Origin: the human T2T-CHM13v2.0 reference genome, Homo sapiens
Direction: 5' to 3' (one strand)
Assembly: GCF_009914755.1 (NCBI RefSeq)
Contig: NC_060925.1
Length of the DNA: 64,000 nt
The translations under genes and the position numbers were made by a program. Position 1 is the first letter of the stretch. Each line of letters starts with the position of its first letter. The notes beneath the pieces were generated by a model. The model ran no database searches. It was not told the DNA's origin and saw nothing but the letters and a program-made list of their open reading frames with translations. Shown here in pieces: positions 1 to 14,359 of the stretch.

Positions 1-60
1 CTCCAGCCTGGGTAACAGACCGAGACTCCATCTCAAAAAAAAGAAAGAAAGAGAAGAAAA
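1..60 (+). mobile_element. 3' end and A-rich tail of an Alu cut by the window edge
   Basis: ctccagcctgggtaacagaccgagactccatctc followed by an A-rich tail. Confidence 0.9.
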
Positions 61-1359
61 TGTAAGGATTTGAGATATTTATAAGTACATGGCACATAGT
101 GGGCACTTCATAATTTGTAGCTTTTATTATTTTCAGCCTGGTTTTTGGACGTGATCGACATGCAGAGATTTAATCTCTGTAGCTGCCTCCTGCCTCTCTT
201 GAGGCCACTTGATGGATGAAGGCTTCCAGTTGCCTTTAAGCCTTTAAGTTTGGTGTAATCGTTGTTCTGGTAATAACAGTTATAAAAATAGGTTGTTGGG
301 AATTAGATGATGACAATGAACAGGACACTATCCAAGTCATGAACAATTAAACTTGTAACATTTTGGGGTCCTCTCTAACCTGCTTATTGTATTGGATTTA
401 AAAACTAAAGTGCTGAGGTTGCTTGCTTTCAGAGTTTCTCTCCGTTTGTGACTATAAATGAACATTATTGAAACTAAACTTTCTATTCTTGACTTTGTCA
501 CTTTGAAGAAAAGAACATACACCAGTTATATCTTCTCTGACAACTTGAATTACATCTCCCAAACTCCTGCGACAGACAAGATAAGGTCCTGCTGTCCCGA
601 GCAGCACTTACCAGGGATACTTTTAACAGGAGAATGAATTTTTGGATAGGTGCTCTAACAAAGTAAGCACTAACACTGAGAAGTTACAGTTCCTTTTGAA
701 AAATCCAGCATGTTGTTCGGTTGTCACTGGAATAATTATAGTTTATGGTGATCCTTCCCTTCTCTTCCATTCCCATTAATGTTGTAGCTCCTTTGACTCC
801 TAAAAATCTCCCCTTTAAGAAGATACCTAAGGAAGAAAAAACAGCTTTGTACTTCCTAATGATTCCTGCAGTGTTTCCTTTACTATTGTCACTATGGAGT
901 TCTTGGTCAAAGTGTCTGAAAAATATCATAACTTGGGAGTAGGGGAGAGGTGAAATTAATTATGATTGGTTTTCTTCTTTTTATTTTATGTGATATCAAA
1001 TTGCAGTGAAAAATTCCCTAAAACAAATTTTAACTTCTTAGGGGAGACCCCAAGAATTTGAGTTTTTTTCCCACGTCACTCAATCTAATTTTGTTATTGA
1101 TGTTTCTCGAAAGAATCAGGAGAAGTAGAAATTTTCAAAAGTATTTATGTCCCTCGAAAATTACCACTTTTTAGTTCCCTTTCTAAGAATACGTCTTACC
1201 GTTTTCTCTAGGTGACTAGGCTAGTGAAAGACTATACAACCTAGGGTGGATTAGGTAAAAATAAGGGAAACTTTCAGAATTATAGAGAGTAATTATTGTA
1301 CAGTAAACATCTTTAATACACACATGTCTAGCATTGCAGTCGTCTTATATTTGAATATC

Positions 1360-2050
1360 ATGTTTGTTTTCTGTACTGCAGAACAAATTTTCACAGAGTT
1401 AGCAACTTGAAGCAACACACAGTTATTAATATTATCTCACAGTTTCCATGGGTCTGGAGCCTGGCCACGGCTGAACTAGATCTTCTGCTTAGGTCATACA
1501 AGGCTGCAATGAGAATTTTGTTCAGACTCCATTTCTTTCTGGAGCTCAAGGGCCTGTTGCTGACTCTCGTGATTGTTGGCAGAATTCAGTTGCTTGTGGA
1601 TGTGGGACTAAGGTCCCTGCTTTCTGAAAGCTGTCAGCAAGGGGCCCCACTCAGCTCCCAGAGGCCCCTGCAGTTCCTTACCATGTGGCTGTCACAGGCC
1701 CTTTCACAATATGGCAGCTGACTTCTTCAAAGCCTGAAGAAGAATCTCTCTGACTTCTAATTCCTTTTATACAAGGCTCCCCTGATTAGGTCAGGCCCTC
1801 CAGGGATAATATATTTTTCCTTAACTCAAACTCACCTGATTGGGGACCTTAATTATATCTGTAGAAGTCTTTTGCAATATAACATAACCTAATCAATATA
1901 ATCACCTTTGCGGTATAATATAACCTATTCACAAGAATGACATTTATCATATTCACAAGTATCTCACACATGCAAGAGGAGAGGATTATATAAGGCATCA
2001 TTATACAAGGCTGGAAACTAGGAAGCCATCTTAGAATTCTGAGTACCACA
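1360..2050 (-). mobile_element. ERVL-MaLR (MLT1-family) LTR relic
   Basis: Typical MLT1 blocks: attatctcacagtttc, gttggcagaattcagtt, atggcagctgacttcttcaaagcc, gccatcttagaattctg..taccaca. Confidence 0.7.
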
Positions 2051-2051
2051 A

Positions 2052-2664
<613 letters not shown>

Positions 2665-5169
2665 TGACTACCACAAATACCAATGATGAATTTGAAGGAA
2701 TCTTTGTGAATAGTGCATTTGACCTGTATTTTCAAGGTTTTCTTGTTGAACTTTGCACTTATAAGTGCCTCCAGAGATGAAAGCCACTACATGACTAGAA
2801 TCCCATATATGTTTGCCCTTGTCTACTGAACACAATTTGGAATGACTCATATAGCTTAGAAAAAAATGGCAGACTAGAGGGAAATTGAAAATTCAAAAAT
2901 TCTGGATGTTTAGAAAACCAGTGACAAGCCACAGGCCTTCTTGACATGTTTCTCCAATTCTATTTACTCTCATTGGGTTTTTTTATACCAATCAAAAGGA
3001 TGAAATGCCCCATTGAAACAAAACATTATGCTAGATTTCTGCTTCTCATTCTACAAAAGTCTTTATTTTTCTGCATTGAACTTTGAAGTAACATTTCATT
3101 TCCTCCAGAAAAAGAGTAGGATTACTTCATCCGTAGTCTTTTTTTAAAAATCTGGTACTTCTAGAAAATACATTGAAATTAAAGTTTTAATGCATTGAAA
3201 GAAAGCCAATCAGTCATTAATCCATACAGTAATTTTGTAACAGTTGTGCATAAATAATTGGCAAAAGAGATTTTAAAAAGGAGTTTATTTTTAAAGTAAT
3301 GTACAGAACCAAATTTGATTTCAAAAATAAAAGCCAACATTAATGTTTTCTAGCTTTTAACAGAAAGCAGTTTACTAGCATTTTGGAATTTCATCTGGTC
3401 AATTAAATATACAAAACAAATTAACCAAAACATACATTATGTATGTAGAGAAAATATTAAAGTATATAATAAGGAAATGTGCTCAATACGAACTCTTTAA
3501 AAATTGAAAACACAAAGTAATTTTGAGATTCATGACAGCCTTAGGGTTCATATTACTTGACTGTGATAAATTTAGAAGATTATACATAGTTTGGCTGGTT
3601 GTTCCTGCATGCTGACGGTATTTCTTCCGTCTTTAACCCTTGCAAAGAAGATTTAAATTTTGCTATTTTTGAACTTGTTTACCAACTTGGTCATTCTTGA
3701 TACTTGTTATTGCCCAAATTTTACTTGTAATTCCTTTTAGAAGCATAAATAGTGGATTTCAATCATGTCAATATTTCTGCAGTATTTAGAATGGCATGAA
3801 TTAGAAAACATGAATTTTTCAAAGAAATCATAACTTTTTCTTGAGTCCAGCCATTTGCTATCATCAATAAGATTAGTTAGGATACTGGATTTCATCAGTG
3901 ATTCCATTATCTGAAAAAAAAAAAAAAATCTGCCACCTTTAAAGTTTTGATTTTTGTTTTAATTATCTGTTCTGCTTCTGTTTTATGACATGTAGTTCAG
4001 GCATTGGACTAAATTTAAATCAGTGGAATGGTTGGCAGCCTATAAATTGGTCTACACAAAAAGGTTTAAATGAGTTGGGAGATTTGTTTACATTTTGCTA
4101 GCTTTTTATTTCTTTCATTTTTTTTATTTGAAATCTCCTCCTTAGTGGAATTACATGATGATAACCTTAGGTTAGGTTATCTTACAGTGAATGTTCACCC
4201 AAAATCTCAGTGCATCCTACATTAGAACTTTGGTATGGTGTGACTGGTTACTGATTCAGCAAGCAACAAATATAACTAAAGTCACTTAATTACTTCATTT
4301 TTAATTCAAATCACATGGATGTTGATCTAGAAAGGATCTGATTCAAATTGTCAAATTAGTATGAAATCACATACCACTCTATGTTGTACTTATATCTGAC
4401 TATGCAAATGTGTTTACCAATTTTCAATTTTTCTTTCTTGGGGTGAAAATTCTAAGCTTTGCTATGTTTAAGCATCTATTCATGAAGCTACAGATAAAGC
4501 TGAGACCTGCACAAGTAGTTTAAATATCTTTTCAGACCATTTGGGTGTTTCAGACCCTTGGAGGTCTTGGACATAGAGGGGAACAAAGCAGACAAGGACT
4601 CTGTCCTTATACAGTCTGAGTCACACTCAAAGGTCATGTTGTAGAATTGCATTAAGGAAATCTGTGATCAGAAATAACAGGGACATATTTAGATACACGC
4701 AAAACTAGCTAAATTTCTGGAAAGATCTATACCTATAAAGTGCTTGGCACAGTACATGGTACTCCATAACAGTTACATGTTAATATCATTATGATTTTTA
4801 TTACTTTTCCAGTTCATCCAAATAATTCTCTGGTCATGGGCAGAACACAGCACATGTAAACATGTATAAGTAAAATGGAATTTGGTTCTTTTAACATCAG
4901 TGCAGACCAGTTTTGTGCTACAACCTTAAGAGAGCCCAAATTTGTCCCCTGATGCGGAGACTAGGAGTCATTTCTTTTATTTTTATATCCAAATTTTCAT
5001 TGTTTTAATTGGCACCCTATCAAACTGATAGATGCCTCCAGTTGGGTATGTCAGCGTGGTTGCCGAGAACATTACAAATCCAGTAATTACAAGGAACTGT
5101 TTCTCCATTATTTTCTTCCCAAAGCATTTTCTATGCTGGAAATGCTGTGAAAACTTTAGACACAATAAT

Positions 5170-5560
5170 AAAAGTACTATTTTTAAAAACAAGCTTTTAT
5201 TGTATTAACATGAAAGCAATATATGTTCATCATAGAAAAGACAGGTAAGCAAAACAAAGGCAATGAAAATCACCCAAATTCAATACAGAGAGAGAACTAC
5301 CATTATAGTTTATGCATATTGCCTTCCAGTTCTTTCTCTGTGCATAGAAATAGCCTTTTCAATGGTGTCATAGTATAACATCCTATTTTGTAATTGCCTT
5401 TTTCAATTAACATTATATTATAAATGTTTTGCCACATCATTACTCTTTTACAGTATTGCTTACATTGGTTATACCATACTTATTTAACCAGTCCCCAATT
5501 GTAGGGCATTTAAGATTTTTTTACTTTTCTTTTTTCTTTTTTTCTATTCTAAAGAATTCA
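5170..5560 (-). mobile_element. Highly degraded L1M 3' fragment
   Basis: AT-rich L1ME-like text such as ataccatacttatttaaccagtccccaattgtagggcattta. Confidence 0.55.
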
Positions 5561-6036
5561 TTGAATGAACAACTAAGTTGCCATTGTTGAGGGTATTCTT
5601 ATGTTAAAACAGCCAAATTATTTAAAATATGGAGAAAGTGATTTGGTGTCAAAGCAAGGTAACCAACAAGATGAAACGATTGCATGTGAAGTCTTCATAA
5701 GCATACATGGTTTCCTTTTTGGGAGTCACAGAGGTCACAGACACAAGCAGCAACTTTTAGGAAACACTGGAAAAGTTGAACCCTGTATTATTATTGAAGA
5801 CCAATAACCCAAAAATGGACTGTGATTAATTAGAATAAATTGAAATCAAATACAGACCGACTTATCAGGGGACTATTCTGTCACCTCTTTGTTTCTGTGA
5901 CAAATGCAAAGCAATTCACAACATCTTTTTCATTCACAGGTGGATTTCTCTTTTTGTTTGTTTTTAATTCTTTAAATGTTATCTTTTAGGTTGCACAAAT
6001 CATTGTTCCATGAATTAAAGTGTACTTACCAGTTGA

Positions 6037-6243
<207 letters not shown>

Positions 6244-6473
6244 TGAGAAACAATGAGGACTCCCCCTGAACACTCGTGAGGCAGTGAGTGTTCCAATTTC
6301 TTACCCTTGGGGGCAGCCTTGGAATTTTAGAGACCAAAGAGATTTGGCATCACATTTTTTGTCCTTTCCTAAGGCAAAAAGAGACCAAATCTGTTTTTTG
6401 TTGGCCAGTGAGATTTTTGCAGAAAGATGGGAAGTAACTTGAATTGAACCAAAATCAAATCTGTTCTACAAGT

Positions 6474-6550
6474 TGTGTGTGTGTGTGTGTGAGAGAGAGA
6501 GACAGAATGTGTGTGTGTGTGCGCACATGCGCGTGCACACATGCATGCAT
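6474..6550. repeat. Compound (TG)n-(AG)n-(TG)n microsatellite with an alternating purine-pyrimidine tail
   Basis: Directly visible. Confidence 0.9.
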
Positions 6551-7762
6551 TGGGTGAGTATATTTCCATGTGGTCAATTACCTGTTTTCAAGTAGTAGCT
6601 TTTTCTCATCCCTGCTGACTCTCTTTCCATAAAACCTGATTTCAATATGTGGCATTTTGTGTTGAGGTTGTTTGCATCAGGGTGTTGACGAGCAGTCTTC
6701 ATTCACTCCTTTTGAAGTGGTAGATAGTTTGTCTGGTTTTCATTGCAATGTTTTCATTATTTTTGTCTCATATGCTTTTAAGTTTATTATTAAAATGTGT
6801 CCACGAGAAATATGATTTGTATTTCGCATTAAAGACAAGCCTTAAGCCTCAAGAGAATGTCAGCAAATCACTTAACTTGATCTTATTGCAAGATAAAAAT
6901 ATTTATTATTTTGTTTATGAAACTCCCACAGTAGAAGTATGAATAATTGTAGCCATGTTTGCTTTCCTTTATCAGATTTTCTTTTAGGTAGGTCTGTGAC
7001 CTACCAGCTGGTTTCATAAAACATCCTAGAAAATTATGATCTCTTGTCTGCTTTGACATATACCTGGGGAAACTGATGTTTCTTGCATTAATCTCAATGT
7101 TAGCCCCACCAATCTGAATCCCTTTATGAATGTGCTCTGTGTGCATCTCAGGGAAATGTGGCAGGTAAGAGGGCTGTCCGGTGCACACATGGGAGTCATA
7201 TTGAAGAAAGTAAGCATTTTGACCACTGTGGGAATGAAACTTACTTGTTTCATCTTTAAACATCTTGTGATCATTGGTAGAACTTTCTCAAGATCCCTTC
7301 TTTCATTTGTGTATTATGTGTGGTATAATCAGAGAGGCTTACTATCGATATATAATTTGAAAACCTGCATCAGAATTAGATTATAAGGTCCCAGAATGAG
7401 GCTTATTAAATAGTATTAAGATATTATCCTCATAGTTAACACTCATTGAGCATATAAACTGTAGTGGGGGATCAGAGATATGAAGCCCTTTTAGTCAGAA
7501 TATTTATGGCCTGAAGGAGATGAGGCATGTGTTGTTTTTCATCTGTTTGGGGTCAAGTTAACATATTCTAAATGCTAACTGAATGGTAAAAGTTCCTGCA
7601 GGAGCTCAGTATTGGGGGGACCGTGGAGGTTCATTCACTCTTTAAACAAGGATTTACTGAGTGCCTCTATAGACACTGGGACCAGTGGTTCCTGTCCTCA
7701 TAGAGCATGTTATCTACTGCAGAAGAGAGGCACACAAGGAAATAAGCAAGTAAAAGATGATG

Positions 7763-8159
<397 letters not shown>

Positions 8160-9589
8160 TTAGTAAGAACTGAGAAGAACAGTATGCCAGCAATCAGGAG
8201 AGCTGGGTAGGCTCCCTCTTTTCCTTCCCACTCACCTTCTGGGTTTTTTAATGTCCTCATCAATATAGTGGGTACAATACTAATAATGACCATTTCCTCC
8301 CAATCTTGTATTCTTATACAGAAACAACAATAAAACAGTATTTGTGGAGATTCCATGAAGAGCATAATGCAATCTGTATATATTATCATTAGTCAGTAAA
8401 TATTAAGAGTGTCTAATGTGTGTCTTGCCTTAAAACTGTAGTTCTAGAAATTACTGTCATGGGCACTTCCCTATGGGTACAGGTTGAGAGCTTGTTCATG
8501 CTAGATGACTAAGCACGTTTTCTAAAATGACCCACGCTGGGTTGAACCAGAGTGGACCTCCTTAGCTCACAGCATAACAAGTTGCAATCTATTCATATTC
8601 ATTCATAAAACTGTGTTTGAGGAAAAGAGAAAGATGCCTAGTGTAAGAATTATGGAATACCAAAGATTCTTTGTTTTCACCAGAATTCAAGATGGCTCCC
8701 AGCATCCTCGGCTCTCCTTTCTGGAAAGTCTACTCAGGTACCCGTTCTTACCGTGTCCCACCCCGCTTAGTGGTCTGGTGAAGGGAATTGGAGTAGTTGA
8801 GATGAAACTTCAGTTGCCTCTTTGTGGTAAGAATCATAAGAATTGAGATAGGCTAACGTAAGACATTTTTCTGGCTAAGACATTTTTAAAAGGTTGGAAT
8901 TCAGCCTCATTATTTATTTGCTGTGGGTACTGTAATTTCCTTCATTTCTCTCTGAACTAGTTGGAAAGCTAATGCTTGGAATGATACCACATTTGGGAGT
9001 AAGACGTGGTGTTTTAGGAAGATGAGGCCAAAATTGAGGAGGAAGAGTATAGCTGCAAGAGTCAGTGTGGAATCGATGTCACATGTGCGCATAAAGGAGA
9101 TTTCAACCTCTGACACTCCTTGTATTGGGCAAAGTTGCCACAACCCAAAATAGTAAATTATTAGATAATCCAGAGAATCAAACTTTAAAAGGATCTTGAA
9201 GAAAAGAAAAGAATGTCCTTTATCAGGTCCCCAGGGCATGGGGCAGGGATCACGGAGGCCATTGACTGCTCTCTGGTTAGCACTAGGTTGTGAGGCTTCT
9301 GCTGCCTTCCCTAGCATTTATCACGGGAATGCTTCAACTAGACTAGCACCAGTTAGTAAGCAATAACTGTCCAACACACATCCACGCTCAGAATGGAGAT
9401 GAGATTTTACAGAGCTACAGCAAATCAAGGTCACCTCACTAAAAACACAAGGGCCTTACTTTTGGCTGCAAACATAAGCTACATTTGGAAATTTCACAGC
9501 CACCTTTTACAAAGAAAATCTCTCTCTTAAGATTGCAAAGCAAAGGGAGAAACACAGGGCGTTGAAGGGAGGTAGCGTAGCACAGCGGT

Positions 9590-9953
9590 TGTCCTTGTCT
9601 GTTTTGACTGCCAGAACAGAACACCATAGACTGGGTGGTCTATAAACAACAGAAATGTATTGCTCACAGTTCTAGAGGCTGGAAGTCCAAGATTAAGGCT
9701 CTGGCAGCTTCTGTGTCTGGTGAGGGCCCACTTCCTGGTTCATAGATGGCATCTTCTTGCTGTGTCCTCACATGGCAGAAGGGGTGGGGTCGCTCTCTAG
9801 TGTCTCTTTCTTAAAAGCACTAATCCTATTCATGAGGGCCCCACCCTGTGACCTAATCACCTCCCAAAGGCCCTGCTACCTATTACCATCACATTGGGGG
9901 TTAGGATTTCAAGATATGGATCCTAGAGGGCCACAGACATTCAGCCTATAGCA
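9590..9953 (-). mobile_element. MLT1A-like solo LTR (ERVL-MaLR) inserted into a MIR
   Basis: TG...CA termini, 364 bp, gctcacagttctagaggctggaagtccaagat; 5-bp TSD gcggt (9585-9589) / gtggt (9954-9958). Confidence 0.8.
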
Positions 9954-10175
9954 GTGGTTAAGCACAAAATCTCAGGGGGTCAGATAGGCTGGTGTCTGAA
10001 TCTCTGTCCACTACTTGGCACATTGCTTTTCTCTCTGAACCAAAGGTTTCTCATCTCTAAGTTAGAGATTATCATCTCTAACTCAAAAGAATTGTATTAT
10101 GTTAGGAGCAAAGGAAATAATGTATTTGTAGTCATTTGCACAGTGCCTGGAAGTACAGTATGCACGTGGGTCATA
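9954..10175 (+). mobile_element. MIR (its 5' stub lies at about 9570-9589)
   Basis: gtggttaag...ctctctgaacc...gtttctcatctctaa...gcacagtgcctgg. Confidence 0.7.
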
Positions 10176-10281
10176 CAATTAAATAATCCTTTTTCACCCA
10201 GGCTTTGAAAGTATCATGCTGTCCCTATTGCCTTCGCCCAGCAACATTCTGCCCATCCCCCAGATCAGCTCAAGCACTTTC

Positions 10282-10318
10282 TTTTTTTTTTTTTTTTTTT
10301 TTTTGAGACGGAGTCTCG
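10282..10318 (-). mobile_element. Extremely 5'-truncated Alu (T23 plus 14 nt of Alu 3' end)
   Basis: T23-gagacggagtctcg flanked by tcaagcactttc / tcaagcagtactttc. Confidence 0.8.
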
Positions 10319-11539
10319 TCAAGCAGTACTTTCAAAGTGAAACCTCCTCTCCTCCACCCAGCTTGCCATCATCTCACACTGCTTAAGCTCCTGCTGCCTT
10401 TCATGTCTGCACATTGACTCCACCAACCTCATCTGGCCTTGTTAGTTAATCTACATGTCTCCTGGAGGAGAACCTCCAAAGGGAAGGATCTCTAACTTAG
10501 ACATTTCACTATCTTTGTTGTGCCTCACACAGTGGGTTTTATGCTCAAATATTGGTTGAATGAATAAAAGTAGTCAAATTGCATATAAATGCACACAGGA
10601 GACATTTATCCCCTCTCTGACCCTGATGAGTTTTCATTTCTTCAGATAAATGTGTGATAGTTCATGCAGTACTTCCTTGTAAGAAATGTCCAAGACATGG
10701 AAGAACCATGGCGTTGCATCCAAAGAAAACCTATGCAAGATTCTCTAAGTAGAGCTTTGCTATTAAGAGCTATGGGCTTTCTTTATGTTGTTCTAACCAC
10801 TTCCCTATTTATAGTGTAAAGGTAGAGACATGTGGTTTCTTAAAATGAATCCCCTCTCTGATAGTGGCTTTCTTTATGGCTTTGATAAATCACTTAACCT
10901 TGTCGCCTCAGTTTGGCCATCTGTACCATGGGGACAATACTTTACCACCTGTTTCTCTGTGTGGTTAGAATTAGGTAAAGAGGTTATTTGGGAATATCCT
11001 ATCGATAGGGGGAAGATATTAAATTTCAGTAGAGGCATTTGTACATCGTTATACGTTAGTATAATTACTGTGCACTTTAAGCTGAAAGATTGAGCTTTCA
11101 AAGACTTTCTTTTACCACTACTTAAAATTGTAACCATAGTAAAGTATTTACTCATGACTATTTGTCTTATTCATGATAATTGAAAAAAGAAATCTTTCTT
11201 CATCCCTTTGCCTTTTCAAGAATTGTAAGTTTGCCTGGTTGATGATCTGAAGGGTCTAACTTGTTAGAGAATTATTTAGAGTAATCATCAGTTACATCTT
11301 AAAGTTTCTTGAAGGTTTAGATCTTCTTGAAACTTATCTTTTTGCTTAAAATCTTTGCTGTTTTGAAGATTAAGAAGATAGTGAATGATACTTTATTTAA
11401 ATACTCTGCACTAAGTAAAACAATTCTGTGCCTTAGAGATTTAGGAACAGAGAGCAGCCTACACGATCCACATTGGGCAGCACAATTGAAAGTAATTGAA
11501 AGAGTTATGGTCTGGGAATCTTTTGGTATAATGTGTTCC

Positions 11540-12312
11540 CAGTATCAGTGAAGATTGTTTTTGGCTGAAAGTAACAGAATATCTGACTGAACAATGGCTT
11601 AAGAAAATAAGGAGTCACATTTTTCTCATACAAAAACAAGTATGTGGCTAGGTATGGTGACTCACACTTGTAATCCCAGCACTTCAGGAGGCTGAGGCAG
11701 GAAGCACTTGAGGCCAGGGGTTTGAGACCAGCCTGAGCAACACAGCAAGACCCTATCTCTACAAAAACTTTTTAAAATTAGGAGAGCATAGTGGTAGAGA
11801 CCTGTGGTCCTAGATACTCGGGAGGCTGAGGTGGGAGGATTGCTTGAGCCCAGGAATTTGAGGCTGCAGTGAGCTATGACGGCACTCCAGCCTGAGCAAC
11901 AGAGAAAGACCCTGTCTCAAAACAACAACAACAAAAAAAAGCAAGTATGTGATTCAAGGCTGATAGGGTGGCACTTGCAGTGCCATCAGGGATTGAGATT
12001 TCTTCTCCTAGACATGTTTCAGTGGGTTGTTTTTATGAGGTCACAGCATGGGCGCTGCCCCCTGCCTTATGTCTGCATGCCAAGCAGAAAGAAGGGAAAA
12101 GGTGAAGGCAAAAAGGACCTGTCAGCTTATCCTGCCACTTTTTCATAGGATCTTCTGCAGCACAATCAGACTGTGTCCCATGATCACCTGTAGCTGCAAG
12201 GGAGGCTGGAAACTCCAAATTTTTAGCTGAGCATATGGCCACTCTCTATAAAATTAAGCTTTTATCAGTGGGTAAATAAGGGATAAATATGCTGGTTGAC
12301 AGTTAGCAACAT
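11540..12312 (-). mobile_element. Old MLT1-family LTR interrupted by an Alu
   Basis: ggctgaaagtaacagaa...tggcttaa...; acctgtagctgcaagggaggctggaaa. Confidence 0.6.
11646..11940 (+). mobile_element. AluJ
   Basis: Diverged dimer with (CAA)n/A tail; TSD caagtatgt on both sides. Confidence 0.88.
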
Positions 12313-13045
12313 ATTCCCCATTATTTTTACAGATGAGAAATCTGAGCTAGCCAGAACCAAGACCAGAAATCAAGTCTCTAGTTCAGTGCCTTTTTTGCCA
12401 TATCAGTAGTTTCTACCTTTTTCTCCCCCGACTGGGAGAAATTAACTGCATTTATTTAAACAATTACTTTGTTTTCACATTTTTTATGAGTCAAAGTCAT
12501 AACATATCCATCTAGATCTTTTGATAATCATAATATAACCTGTGCCATCACACTGAGTTTTTTTTTTTTAATAGCAGCCATAAACAAATCACTTAGCCTT
12601 TTTTATTAGTCCATAAGTCCTTGCTACTGGTAAATTTGTGGTTTCTCTTAGGTGCACGCCACTTTAGAGACAGTTTTTGAGGTCAGTTTGGCTTTTTTCA
12701 ATATTGTATTAGTTTGCAGATACCTATTACTATCTGGGGACCCATTAATTTTTTTCCACAAATATTTATCAGGCTCTTACAGTGTACAAGATGCTCTAGT
12801 AGTAGAGTGAACAAGAGAAGCATGGATTCTGTCCTTTGAGTGCTTGCCTCCTGGAGGACGAGAGGACAAGGAAACCAGCAGTTGCACTGCTGTGCTAGAA
12901 GCACAGGGTGCGGTAGAAAATGAGGGGAAGGACATCCTTGTGGACAACTACAGTGGCATCTGGCACTACGCAAGTCCAGACACACAGGAGACCCAACCGC
13001 TATTGTCAAACAGTTTGCCTTCGCATTATGGGCATGGAAAACAGA

Positions 13046-13195
13046 ACAACAGCAAATAAATCATGCTCTTAGATAACTAAGTACCAAAGAATTCAGACAT
13101 ACGAAATGCAAACATGAGGTTAAACCCCCACCTCTTTATGAGTCAAAAAAAAAAATACACGATGGGAGTTTAGAAGTAAAATTGCCTGGATTCTG
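13046..13195 (+). repeat. Unique-sequence donor of a local dispersed duplication (copy at 14149-14333)
   Basis: About 85% identity over the first 102 nt by manual alignment, plus a shared agtttagaagtaaaattgcct.gattctg end. Confidence 0.92.
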
Positions 13196-13826
13196 AAAAT
13201 ACGCCTAAGATACACTAAAGCAATCACCATATAAACCAAAGATTTATTGTGCAGCTTTCAAAGAATCATTCCAGTTTCTGTTTGGAGAGGTAGTCAGAAG
13301 TTTATATGCTCTATAAACCTCTCTAAGTCCATGATCCTCCTGGCCCAAATAGGGATCTTGCTCTCAGTGATGAAACATCTGAAGGTCTGAAGTTAACAAT
13401 ATCTCCCAGTTTGGCCAAGAAAAATATACTGCAGAGAATTATGAGAATTAAGATCACCTTTCAGGAAGTTGGGGTCACCAAGAAAGGTTAGAGGAGTGTG
13501 GATTCATAATAGGCATAGACAATAATAGAGGAGCGGGGAAGGAGAGGTAAAATAGGAGGGTGACAGTCATCACTAGATGGCAGGGCCTATTAGGGCAAGG
13601 ACCACACCTTTATCATTTATCTCTGAATCCCTCCGCCTTGTGCCCGGCATAAGGAAAGCACTCAATAAATAATTGTCAAATAAATGAATGAATGAATGCA
13701 TGGATTTGATTGAAGAAACAGAAAGTTTGAGAATAATAGGAAGTTCTTTCCTTCTCCACTGTGTAGTAGTATAATATTCAAATGCATATATTCAGCAGCA
13801 CGTAGAAAGAGGCATGGCATGTTTAA

Positions 13827-14359
<533 letters not shown>

